Assembly (NCBI GenBank): GCA_038087875.1
Contig: CM075996.1
Coordinates: forward strand, 5,954,001-6,018,000
Reading direction: 5' to 3'
Source of the DNA: Malacoraja senta
Taxonomy: Eukaryota
DNA: 64,000 nucleotides
Positions within the stretch are counted from its first letter, which is position 1; each line of letters opens with the position of its first letter. Positions 24,500 to 36,123 of the stretch are shown piece after piece. Below the pieces are notes generated by a model that did no database searches, was not told the DNA's origin, and saw nothing but the letters and a program-made list of their open reading frames with translations. Position numbers and translations under genes: made by a program.

Positions 24500-25193
24500 T
24501 ATGTTTGCTAAATATTTGCTATAAAGTGACCACTGATCTCCAATTGTTCCCACATATTGTTGCTGCTGGTGCTTTGTATAACTTCAACTCCGATTTTTAT
24601 TTTAAAGTGTAAACACAGCACCTTTTTTCCCCCTTATTTTACTACTCTTTGGAATAGTACTTTGTGCAATTTGTTTGTGTGTCTGCAAATGCTTCTTGTA
24701 CTAAATATAACAAGATTTCCATGTCCCTGAGTCAACCTCTTCTGACAGTAATTACCAGTTCTAACCAGCCATCTGATTACTTTTGTAGCTGTCACTAGTA
24801 ACGGCTTCTTTACCAATGACTAATAATGTGAAGGAAATTCTAACTTACTGCTAAATTTAAGGTCTATGGCCTTTGAATTCCATGCGCTAACAGCACTCAA
24901 ATTTTAATATATATTTTCCTTTAATAAAACGGTTTATGATCGTACTTCATTTTCTAATTGCCCAGGAATTTCATAGCTCATAATGGATTCCTGCATTTTG
25001 AAGAGAATACATGCTGCATCTCTTAACCCGCTCAGTAAGCCATTGATGAATTATTCTCATGCAATATATATACATTGACAATTTTGAAATCTTTCTTTAA
25101 ATGCACCCAAATGTGTATTTACTCACAACCTTTTGATCTAATCTCTTTATCCAATCCTTGCACTGAAACCTAAGCAAATGTTTAAAACTGAGA

Positions 25194-25282
25194 AGGTACA
25201 CAAAAATGCTGGAGAAACTCAGCGGGTGCAGCAGAATCTATGGAGCGGAGGAAATAGGCAACGTTTCTGGCCGAAACCCTTC
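25194..25282 (-). mobile_element. 89-nt PLE pLTR mini-insert (subfamily B) with 13-bp TSD
   Basis: TTTAAAACTGAGA at 25181-25193 and 25283-25295. The insert matches 38866-38954. Confidence 0.85.
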
Positions 25283-25617
25283 TTTAAAACTGAGAGCTGT
25301 ATGTGTTGACAATTGCCAAACAATTTTTTATTTTGGTTTTAAATTCCATTTTTTAAAAACTGGATTTGGTTAAACTAGTCTGAACATTTGAAATGCAAAG
25401 TTGTGTAGCTTAACTTTAGAATTTAAAGTTTTAAATTCTAACTTTAGAATTTAAAATTCTTACAAATATTCAAAGGATTTTTTAAGCTATTGGGAACATT
25501 TGGATAGATGTGACCAGCATATGAAATTACAGCGATAATGGATAAACTGTGCTAAAGTAGTGTTCTTGGAAGAATTAAGAGATAGGACTGAAGTTCAGTA
25601 AACAGGGACACAATTTA

Positions 25618-25937
25618 AAGCCCTGTCACATGGTACGAGTTCATTCCAAGAGTTCTCCCGAGTTTGCCCTGATTTGAACTCGGAGAATTACGGTAATGGC
25701 CACTCGTCGGTACACGGGGGTCTTGTGGACATTTTTCATCATGTTGAAAAATCTTCACGCGTCTTCCCGTGCTTACCTGCCGTTAGCGAGTCTTCCCGAG
25801 TACCTGCCGTTAGCGCTAAGAGACGTCCCCGAGCTCCGATGTACCCGCTACGTTCATTCTCCGTGCTTACCACGAGTTTGATTTTTTTTAAACTCGGGAG
25901 AGCTCTTGGAATTAACTCGTACCGTGGGACAGGGCTA
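25618..25937. mobile_element. MITE, PIF/Harbinger-like (TTA TSD)
   Basis: ~50-bp imperfect TIRs AGCCCTGTCACATGGTACGAGTTCATTCCAAGAG and CTCTTGGAATTAACTCGTACCGTGGGACAGGGCT. TTA at 25615-25617 and 25938-25940. CpG-rich interior with repeated tacctgccgttagcg. Confidence 0.8.
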
Positions 25938-26345
25938 TTATACTTTCCTGCTGTAGTAAAATCAGAAAATACCAGAATCAATTTTGTTTCTCTTTCCATA
26001 GGTGCTGCCTGAACTGAGTGTTTATGGCATTTTCTGTTTTTTTTTGTAATCTCAGATTTTCAACATTGCCAACTGTTCTTGATTTTCTACTGTTCTTTCT
26101 TTCAAAAATTGTTAATGATTGCTAACTGCATCAAATTAAATACTATGGTCACCTAATAACCCTACATGACTTTATCCTCGCAGTTCAAATTGTGGCAGAT
26201 GTTTCCTTGGAGGACACCCTCAATCATGCGTGGAATCTAGGCACTGCCATTTTGGGTAGACTCAGAACAGATTTTGCTTCTCAAAAGTATGTGTCCATTA
26301 GGTGCTTTGGATCATCAGCAACAGTAGAAATGTTCATTGCTGTCT

Positions 26346-26872
26346 GTATTGTATTGTAATTGTTATTGTATTATAATGAATTTATTAGCCAATTATGTAA
26401 AAACATAAAAAGATTTTTGATTTGCCATACAGTCATAGCAAAAAAGCAACAAGACACACAACTACATAAAAATTAACATAAACATCGAACACAGCACACT
26501 GATGGAAGGGAATAACATATTATCATCTTCCCTCCTTTTCTCCCACGGTCAGGGTAGTTGAACCATCCGCAGTCGGGGCGATCGAAGCTCTCGCGATCGG
26601 GGCAGTCGAAGCTCCCGCGGTTGTAGTTCCCGAAGTCGATCCCCATCGAAGGGACCGCAAGCTCCACGCTGTTAGGCCGCAGTGTGGCCGGAGATACGAT
26701 ACGGAAAAAGTCGCATCTCCGTCGAGGAAAGAGATTTTAAAAAAGCCTCTTCCCCCACATAATGCAAAACTAAAGATACACTAAAACATGCATTTAACAA
26801 CAGACTAAAAACAAAAGAAGAAAAGGACGAGACAGACTGTTGGCGAGGCTGCCATCGTACAGCACCACCTGG
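26346..26872 (-). mobile_element. Non-coding retroposon (SINE-like) with GC-rich core and (CAATA)n tail
   Basis: (attgt)n tail at 26346-26372 next to a minus-strand aataaa. GC-rich repeats (tcggggcgatcgaagctc). Similar segments at 51513-51900 (-) and ~50460-50715 (+). Confidence 0.55.
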
Positions 26873-27794
26873 TAAATGCTGACATGGTGATAAAATCTCA
26901 CTACTGTCAACTGAGATCAACCCAATATCATTAACAACATTCAGGTATGGTCTGATCAATGCTAAAAGTAACAGATAATGACCATCTCCACTTCCACCTG
27001 TTCAATAATGTTTGCATTAATGGAAATCTGGGAGGAGTGCAGAAGAGCATGCCTGAAGCAACAGGGATATCTAAAATTAAGGTGCCAACTCACTGCAGGT
27101 GCAGCACAAGATTATGTGTGCCAAATAGCAATGGGAGAACAAAGGGATCTTGCAACAAATGACGTGCAATTCTTGTCATTGTAAGTCATGAATGGTGGTC
27201 GGCAATTAGAAGCTGAAGGGAGGAGGAGGTGGCTTCCAGAACATCATTATCATCAACGTGACAGGGCCTAGCAAGTGAGTACAGATCCTCCACCGTTTTT
27301 CCGGACTAGCAGAGATCACTCAATAATGATACAATACTCCTCTGACCCACTAATTATACCCCTTCCATATCTCTACAGCACCATGGACTGCTAGAAACTT
27401 AAATAAATCAAATATTAAATGTAAATTAACTTTACAGCAAACGAGCATTTCCTGCATGGGCAGCCTATGAGTCACCAAATGAATTGATCTCAGAAATCCC
27501 GATGCGTGTCGGATCGGCGGTCGACTGAGGTACCACTTTCACGGCTAGACTACCAGGCCAACACCCCCCCCCCCCCCAACTCGAGAATTGCCAAATTTGT
27601 TGAAAATGCGGTGGAGCAGGCATCTCCGAGAGGAGTCCAACAGTACCGGAAAGGTCTGCCTAGGCTGCCAGGGGCCGAGATACCAGCCTACAAAGTTGGC
27701 CTCAAAGTCAGCTATGGGAATGGATCTGGCGGCTCCAACCAGGCCAGAGTTCCTGAGCCCCGGCCGCACGTGGCAAATTCAACCTGCCGATCAG

Positions 27795-28157
27795 GTCGAA
27801 GATAGACACAAAAAGCTGGAGTAACTCAGCAGGATAGGCAGCATTTCTTATACCTTTGATTTTTCCAGCATCTGCAGTTCTTTCTTAAGCATTTCATCTA
27901 CTCCACTGTGAAATCTCTTTAAGGTATGCCTACTTGGAAGAAGTTCTCCTACTCTCTCCGAAGACGTTTAGCAACCTCTCTCTGAAGAAGGGTCTCGACA
28001 CGAAACGTCATCTATTCCTTCGCTCCATAGATGCTGCCTCACTCGCTGAGTTTCTCCAGCATTTTTGTCTACCTTCAATTTTTCCAACAAGTTCTTTCTT
28101 TAAACATCTCTGGAGAGAAGGAATGTGTGACGTTTCGGGTCAAGACCCTTCTTCAGA
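27795..28157. mobile_element. Nested PLE pLTRs: subfamily A copy (-) split by a subfamily B partial-tandem insert (+)
   Basis: The A copy runs 27795-27844 (...gcagcat) and resumes at ~28105 (catctctggagagaagg...cttcaga). The B insert at 27848-28104 repeats its 3' end with a ~219-nt period (tacct at 27851 and 28070). Confidence 0.75.
28126..28157 (-). ncRNA. Minimal hammerhead ribozyme motif, core intact
   Basis: Minus strand: T-CTGAAGA-A-GGGT-CTTG-ACCC-GAAAC-GTC-ACA. Confidence 0.65.
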
Positions 28158-28584
28158 AATCTAGTTGTAGAAATCGGCAATGGGAATGTATTTGCTGGCT
28201 CTGGCCGGGCCAAAGTTCCAGAGCCCTGGCCGCAGGGCGCAAATTCAGCCCGCCGATCAGCTAAGGGGGTCCTGATGAGGTCAAGATCGGCCACCTTCAC
28301 GGCTTAGGTGCCACATTTCCGGGGGGATTTCAAGTGCGCTCTCGTAATTTTGGATTAAAGGAGATGCAGCTAAACCATCAGTTGCCAGAAAATCGGTGGT
28401 GGACCTGTATTCACAGTCAAGTTCAGCCTGAATTACTGAGTGGGTATTAATTTCGGCTTCCTCTGTGATCTCCAATGTCACAGAAGCCAGTCTTCAATCA
28501 ATTTGATACACTACATGAAGTCAAGAAACAGTTGAGTGCACCGGATAACAGCCTAAGGGAGCAGACGACATACCAATGACTGTA

Positions 28585-28850
28585 CAGTAAACCCTTGCAA
28601 TAACGAATCTCTATATGGCGAATTTCGGTTACGACGCTCCCGTTGCAGCCCCCCCCCCCACCTCCTCAAGTTACGCAATAACATGGCGCCACACGATTTA
28701 CTTAATAGTTGCGGGAGTGGAGAGAGCGAACACAAAATACTGAAAAGCCAATTGTTAAATTTGTTTCATAATTTTATAAAGATATTTCTGTGACTTAATA
28801 ACACTTTTACAGTAAGCATGAAAATCTCTGTTCTGAGAATAAAAAAAGTT
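28585..28850 (+). mobile_element. Possible pogo/Tigger-like left end (one-ended remnant)
   Basis: TA|CAGTAAACCCTTGCAATAACGAA resembles Tigger-type termini and is CpG-rich. No matching right TIR found, so the right boundary is a guess. Confidence 0.4.
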
Positions 28851-31800
28851 TTTTTCCAAAACTTGATTTGTCAGGAAAGAGCATTTTGAGCTAAAAATAA
28901 ATGCAAAACTGTTGGCATGTGATCAATTTCGTTGGTCCCTTTTGCTGTAATGTTGTGGCACTGGAGACAGACTGGCCAAAACACAAGCCTGATTTCCTGA
29001 GCCATGCCCAAGCTGAAACATCTTGGACCTGATGTAACTTTGTCAGTGAATGGGCGGGACTAATGATATGGAAGAAGAAATGAAGAGAAATGTTATACTG
29101 TGGATGTATGCAATTGCTGCCTTAGACCTGTGTCCTATCGTCATCCCGTTAATGATTTCCCGTAATCCCTTTTGGTGCAATTGGAATCTGTGTGCTTTGC
29201 TCTCATCGTCTTTGATCAGGGTGGAATAATTCACTCTTGTCCAGAAAATGAGTGCATCTTTGAAAAGATGTATGTGCCAGAACATGTTGCTTTCACAATG
29301 TTTAATGGTTAATGCTTTGACAATTGTAGAAGTTACAAATAAAAGTGAAATGACGTGTTAAAAAAAAAAACCCAACACGTTTTAGAAGTATTACTCATTT
29401 CAAAGACATCTGCTTTAAAATGCCTTCCAAGACTAATTTTATCAAACTTTTCTCTGTCTCTACAGTAATTTTTTATTTTAAGTTCAGTATGGAAACAAAT
29501 CTGTTGGCGAATTAGCTATTTAATGTACACTAGTCGAGTTTTTGGCCTTGTGAGAGAAGAGCAACTTTTGCAATAAAAATCAGACACGTACAATGTAGTA
29601 AATGACAACAGTGCAATGGAAAGTGTCACGTAAATATCACCTTTCAAGAACGTTACTGTCTTGTTCCCATGTATCTGGTGGATTTGTAATTTCTTTAATG
29701 TTTTTGTGCTGATGTAATCTTGGAGGGAATGATCTCCCATAGCACATATCCCCTGGATAAGAAAGATTTTAAATGTCCTAAGCTTGATTACAACTGGAAA
29801 GTACATGTACTGTTGAGAACAGCACTGAATTTTATTTAATGTATTTAAATCTAGCCGCCTTCCATATTCCGTTTCTTGGATCATGCATGAGTGGGCCCTT
29901 GGTCAAGGTATTGTAGAACACTGATAACTATCCTAGCAAGCTTCAAAGAGGGCAATTGGTTGAGGATACCGAAAGAGTGTACATTTTTTTGAGATTCCCA
30001 AAAAAATTAATCGGTGTGCTGTTTTAGTTTTGCTTAATTGTTCATCCTGCCTGTTCCATTGACATAATTTCACAACATAACAAAGAATAAAATGAATAAT
30101 GTTAATCAGTTCACTGGATTAATTATTTTTAAATTTGGAATTGAAAAGAGCCCTAATTTAAGTTCTTGCAATGGTTTGTATTAACCAAAACTACTTAAAA
30201 TAAAGCTACTGGTTGTTTTTGAAATGGATGAGTACGGTGAGGGAAGATCAAGAGAGACGGAGATGCGTGTTATTTCTCTATAGTTTGATGACTATTTCGT
30301 CATTCGGCAGTACAGCAGAGGAAGAAGTAAAGAAATAGAATTTGCCAGGGTCACCATGCTTCACCTGCCATTTCCACTCAAGTGTGGTTGTTTCCCTTGC
30401 GTAATGAAACATTATTTTTTGTCTGATTGGAATCATTGGTGGTGCACTCTGTTTATATTTTACCAGATTTACCCGGGTTTTCATATTCTTTCTGTTTTGG
30501 TCTTTGATGTGAGCGAATTAAGCACTAATACAATTAAGCTTTTATTTGGTTTAACTGGATAGATTTGCAGCTTTGTACACCATTGAGCCTTTTGATATCT
30601 TAATATGATGGAATAGCAATATCCAGATTACTGGTACTGTAGTTTATATAGAAATGGTAAGCCATCCAGTTTTGGCTTTTTTTTTTGTTGCTGATTACTT
30701 AAAATGATCTGATCTCCGCAATCACTGCAAAGTTCTTGAAATTATAGCAACTGACTACTCCCAAATAAAATTATGTAATAGAAACTCTGAAATACCTTTA
30801 TGGCATCTTGTTTTCTTATTTGTACAATAACTAAGTTAAATTCTGAAACTCTACGTTAACTTAAGATTATTTTTCCACATTGATGCATCCAGAAGTTTTT
30901 CTATAAATGGGAGTTGATTGTTAAGAATTGTTTGTATTTTGGTGCATATGCAGGGTTGAATTTGATTGAGATAATTATATGTGATGCTTGTTGGTGGAAC
31001 AGTGAAAAGTACATAACACTTTTCAGAAGCACATTGCCTGAACCCAGACATGCTTCTGCAGTGCAATTACTAGTTTCTCTATCATCTAAATAATACCCAT
31101 GTCTACATGAAAATGGAAACTCTTAAATTAGCGTTGGCTTCCAGTTTCTTTCAACGCTATTTAGAATGCAAACTATACTTAAGATGTCATTCGACAACCA
31201 TGTGCCTTGTACATCTCTCATTGTTCTTGTTCAGAAAATAACTGTACCTATTGGAAACTCTCAATTTTCTTCACCAGTCATGCTATATAATGTAATAGCC
31301 GTGGTATCAATCTGAAATCAATAAGGTCTTTTCTCAATGCATGCCAGACCCCTCGTATTAGGCTTGCTTGTCTTCAGCTGCTGCCATTCTGGGATCCCGT
31401 GTCTGTGGACCCTGGTTCTTGATATGATTTGTACATTTTTGAAGATAAAACAGTGACTTTCTTTGCAAGAGTGTAAACGCCAAAGCTTTCATTTACTTGC
31501 ATCTTAGTGTGAAATCAGCTTAATGTAAGGATATTAATACAATGTTAACAACCTGTTGATTGCAATACAGCCAGGGAATAAACAGTCCTGTCATAGTTTT
31601 ACCAAAGTTGACCCAACTCGCTGTGAGTAATGTGAAATAAAAAAAACCAGAAGTATTGAAATTTTAAAATAAAATGAAAAATGTTGGGAGCATCTAGTAG
31701 GTTGGGCAGCATCTGTGGAAAGAGAAAGATGATGTTTGAGGTTGAAGACCCATCCTCAGAACAGACCCTTCTGACCAAAGGTCATTAACTCTATTTGTTT

Positions 31801-31863
31801 TTCCACATATGCTGTCTAACCTGCTTAATGTTTAAAACTGGAAATATTGTTAATTTGCAAATA

Positions 31864-33520
31864 CAATGGTCTCCATAATGTTTGGGACAAAGACCCATTT
31901 ATTTGCCTCTGTACTCCACAATTTGAGATTTGTAATAGAAAAAAAATCACATGTGGTTAAAGTGTACATTGTCAGATTTTAATAAAGGCCATTTTTATAC
32001 ATTGTGATTTCACCATGTAGAAATTACAGCTGTGTTTGTACATCGTCCCCCCATTTCAGGGCACCATAATGTTTGGGATACAATGTAATGTAAATTAAAG
32101 TAGTAATGTTTAGTATTTTGTTGCATATCCTTTGCATGCAATGACTGCTTGAAGTCTGCGATTCATGGACATCACCAGTTGCTGGGTGTCTTCTCTGGTG
32201 ATGCTCTGCCAGGCCTGTATTCCAGCCATCTTTAGCTTATGCTTGTTTTGGGGGCTAGTCCCCTTCCGTTTTCTCTTTAGCATCTAAAAGGCATGCTCAA
32301 TTGGGTTCAGATTGGGTGATTGACTTGGCCTCTCAAGAATTTACAATTTTTTTAGCTTTGAAAAACTCCTTTGTTGCTTTAGCAGTATGTTTGGGATCAT
32401 TGTCTTGTTGTCGAATGAATTGGCAACCAATGTGTTTTGAGGCATTTGTTTGAACTTGAGCAGATAGGATGTGTCTATACACTTCAGAATTCATTATGCT
32501 ACTACCATCAGCAGTTGTATCATCAATGAAGATAAGTGAGCCAGTAACTTCAGCAGCCATACATGCCCAGGCCATTACTCCCCCACCACCGTGTTTCACA
32601 GATGAGGTGGTATGCTTTAGACCTTGGGCAGTTCCTTCTCTCCTCCATATTTTGCTCTTGCCATCAATCTGATATAAGTTAATCTTTGTCTTATCTGTCC
32701 ACAAGACCTTTTTCCAGAACTGTGGTTGCTCTTTTACGTACTTCTTGGCAAACTGTAACCTGGCCATCCTATTTTTGCGGCTAACCAGTGGTTTGCATCT
32801 TGCAGTGTAGCCTCTGTATTTCTGTTCATGAAGTCTTCTGCGGACAGTGGCCATTGACAAATCCGCACCTGACTCCTGAAGAGTGTTTCTGATCTGTCGG
32901 ACAGGTGTTTGGGATTTTTCTTTATTATAGAGAGAGTTCTTCTGTCATCAGCTGTGGTGGTATTCCTTGGCCTCCCAGTCCCTTTGCGATTAGTAAGCTC
33001 ACCAGTGCTCTCTTTCTTCTTAATGATGTTCCAAACAGTTGATTCTGGTAAGCCTAAGGTTTGGCTGATGTTTCTAACAGTTTTATTCTTGTTTCTCATA
33101 ATGGCTTCTTTGACTTTCATTGGCACAACTTTGGTCCTCATGTTGATAAACAGCAATAAAAGTTTCCAAAGGTGATGAAAAGTCTAGGTGCTGAGAGTTC
33201 TCTTATACCTGCTTTAAGGAGGCATTTAAACACACCTGAGCAATTACAAACACCTATGAAGCCATGTGTCCCAAACATCTATGAAGCCATGTGTCCCAAA
33301 CATTATGGTGCCCTGAAATGGGGGGGGGGGACTATGTATAAACACAACTGTAATTTCTTCATGGTGAAACCAAAATGTATAAAAAATGGCCTTTATTAAA
33401 ATCTGACAATGTGCACTTTAACTTCATGTGATTTTGTTCTGTTACAAATCTCAAATTATGGAGTACAGAGACAAATAAATAAATGATGGGTCTTTGTCCC
33501 AAACATTATGGAGGGCACTG
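31864..33520 (-). mobile_element. Full-length Tc1 transposon (second family), decayed transposase
   Basis: TA|CAATGGTCTCCATAATGTTTGGGACAAAGAC ... GTCTTTGTCCCAAACATTATGGAGGGCACTG|TA, with ~210-bp TIRs and inner direct repeats. ORFs 32734-33156 and 32333-32860 carry GRPR, WTDKTK and QQDNDPKH, with frameshifts. Confidence 0.95.
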
Positions 33521-35469
33521 TAGATAGCTTATAATTTTTAAACTGTTGGTTTAAAAAAATTGGAGCCCATGCGGGCTGGGAACAGCTTTACTCTAATTAC
33601 CACTGTCTGCAGGTCACTCCAAGCAGCATATGATAAAAGCACATGAAGTAATCGAACCCTTGTAATTGAACCTCTCATTCTTGCCTTAAAGCATAACCGC
33701 CCGCACCTGGGCTACAGATACATGAATGTAATTGTGTTTATTATGTGCAGTGACGTCAGATTGGCTCATTTCTGATGAGCCAAGATCACATTTATATAAG
33801 ATTTTGAGATAGGCAGTGCAACAGGGGAGAAAGGTGAAAATGCTGAGAGACTAATGTATTTTACATGGAGAGACTGTTTAAAACATGACTGTTCCTGAAC
33901 GTCTAACTCTGCTATGGTGGTTTGTAACAATTTGATAAAGCAATTACAATTGCAACAATTTCCCCATTTTAAGCTCTACTGGTAACCAAGGCCAACAGAT
34001 GCTACTTTCTGTTGCTGGTGAATCATATTTTGTTAAGTGCAAAGGATGCTGTTGCCTGTAGTCACATGCACTATACTATTTTTGTCCAAATGGATAATAT
34101 GATTCTGCCTTTGGCGAAAAATTAGTTATTTTCCAATATAATATCTTGCTTTTCTACTGTGTTTATTAAGCAGCCTTACTCCAAATGGATGGGAAGCAAT
34201 TAAGCACCTGATGCTTATGACCATATTTTTGATAATTGGAGCTTGAATTGCTGTGCTATTCATCTGTCACGTGGCACTCTCAATCAAAATAATAGAGCTA
34301 TTTTATCCCAAAAATAAATTGTGAGCAGCCACCAGTAAGCCTTGGTGTGTCGGGTGGGTGTTTCAGAAACATGCTCTTAGGAACTCAGTGGTTGAGTACA
34401 CGAGTATCTGAATTCTTTAGTGATTGGAATCCTAATGTACATTTTGTTTTAACTGGTGCTTTGCCTGTTCATTCCCTTTCAGTCCCACTTTCTCATCAAT
34501 TTACATGGTTTCCTTCTTGAAAGGGGTGCGGGGACAATATTGTTACATTTCAGAGTATTTCACAAATACATAACCCAATGAGAAAGGATATCGTCAGTTT
34601 TATATTTTCATCTCTTTTATATTTTCCGGGGAGGTTGCTGATATTTTCTTTTGTAGTATTTTGTGGAACATACAGTGCAGGTATTGTGTATGCTTTGTGG
34701 ATGAAGTGGAACACACTTGATTGTGAGACTGCTTGCATTTCCACTCTTTACAATGGACCAATGGATTAACAGTCTCATGGATTAATATTGGAAGACAATT
34801 ATAGAATTGTATTTGTTGGTAAATTTCAGATCTTTTTATAGATGGATTTATTAGAATAAAAGAATTACTGGAAACCCAAGGAAATTGGACCAAAATTGAT
34901 GCCATTTCCTTTTGAGGTTTTGTTGGAACTTGTGTAAATGTAACATTCTATGTAAGAAGAACAAACAAACTTTTACATTTATTCATTACTTTTAATCTGG
35001 TGAATATTAAAAGAGAAGTTGTGTTAAGATATGTAGGTTGGACCTATTTCTGTCCTTATTTTCTGCTTTTACTTTGCAGGATGGGGGCATTTAGAATGAA
35101 ATCATTGGCCAATTCTTACACTGTACCCCTCCTACCTTATAACATTTAGCCACTGAAGTTGCTAACATAGTTAAAGTTGGAAAAGCTAGTGTGTGCATTT
35201 CTCCCATTCCCTGCCTTAGTTGATTGAGCTGTAGGGAAAGCATGGATTTCCTTAAATGTGAGACTTAAGTCTCTGGTCCTTTGCTATTTTTGTCATAACT
35301 AGCTAATAGATTTGTGATCCATGGCCACCGTTGCAAGAAATCAGAATGCTATATATTGCTTCTGATTTTTTTTACCGTCACAATTAAACTTAAGGCAGAT
35401 TTGAAAAATAAAATCTGCTTCTAGCCTAATAGAAGTGATACCTGTGACTTGGTGGGGAGGAGGGATTGC

Positions 35470-35880
35470 ATTCTTAGAAAATGGTCTGGACCCAGGACAG
35501 ATCTTCAGAAATATGCTTGACCAGGAGCTTCGTTGTTGATTCTCTCGACCGCCAACCTGTCAATGGACAACTTTGTGGGCCTTTAGCTTTGGTTTTGCTG
35601 ACATTGAGAGCAAGATTGTTGTTCTGGCACCATTCAATTAGATTTTCAATCTCTCCTATACTCATCTTTACCCATTATTTATCCAATAATGGTACCTTTG
35701 GCAAATCTTATGACGGCATTGGAACTGTGTCCTGCTTTTGCATCAGAAGTATAGAGTGAGTGAAGCAAGGGGCTGAGCATACAGCCATCAGCAGCCCTGT
35801 GCTGATGGTTATCAAGGAGAAAATATTGTCAGTTCAAATTGATTGTCATCTATTGATGAGGAAGTCTAGGATCCAGTTGA
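35470..35880 (-). mobile_element. Rex1/Babar-like RT fragment
   Basis: Minus ORF has EIENLIEWCQNNNLALNVSKTK and HISEDLSW, matching the 62112-62933 protein. Confidence 0.65.
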
Positions 35881-36029
35881 ATAGGGATAAGCAGAGATTC
35901 CCCTGTTTTTTCCCCCAATGTTAGGGGATTTAAAAAGTTTTGAATTTCCTATTTCACCTTAAGACAAGGTGTGTAAAGTCTTAGAAAATTGCACCAAAAA
36001 ATGAAGAAAGCTGTTTTGCATTTCTGGTC

Positions 36030-36123
36030 CTTCGCTCCATAGATGCTGCTGTACCCGCTGAGTTTCTCCAGCACTTTTGTCTACCTTTGATTTTCCAGCA
36101 TCTGCAGTTCCTTCTTAAAACAC
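36030..36123 (+). mobile_element. 94-nt PLE pLTR 3' mini-insert with 15-bp TSD
   Basis: TTTGCATTTCTGGTC at 36015-36029 and 36124-36138. The insert matches the subfamily B pLTR. Confidence 0.85.

Larger units (their letters stand above)
27290..28455. repeat. Unclassified GC/CpG-rich insertion containing ~85-bp direct repeats and nested PLE repeats
   Basis: 27713-27794 and 28177-28260 are similar direct repeats (atgggaatg...gcaaattca.c.gccgatcag). PLE pLTRs lie between them at 27795-28157. Ends not resolved. Confidence 0.45.

Noticed and set aside
29516..29884. 122-aa minus-strand ORF in unique DNA
   Set aside because: No recognisable motif or convincing splice sites; length is within chance expectation.
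30283..30562. Possible exon after tatttctctatag (FDDYFVIRQYSRGRSKEIEFAR...)
   Set aside because: No good donor site and the peptide is not recognised.
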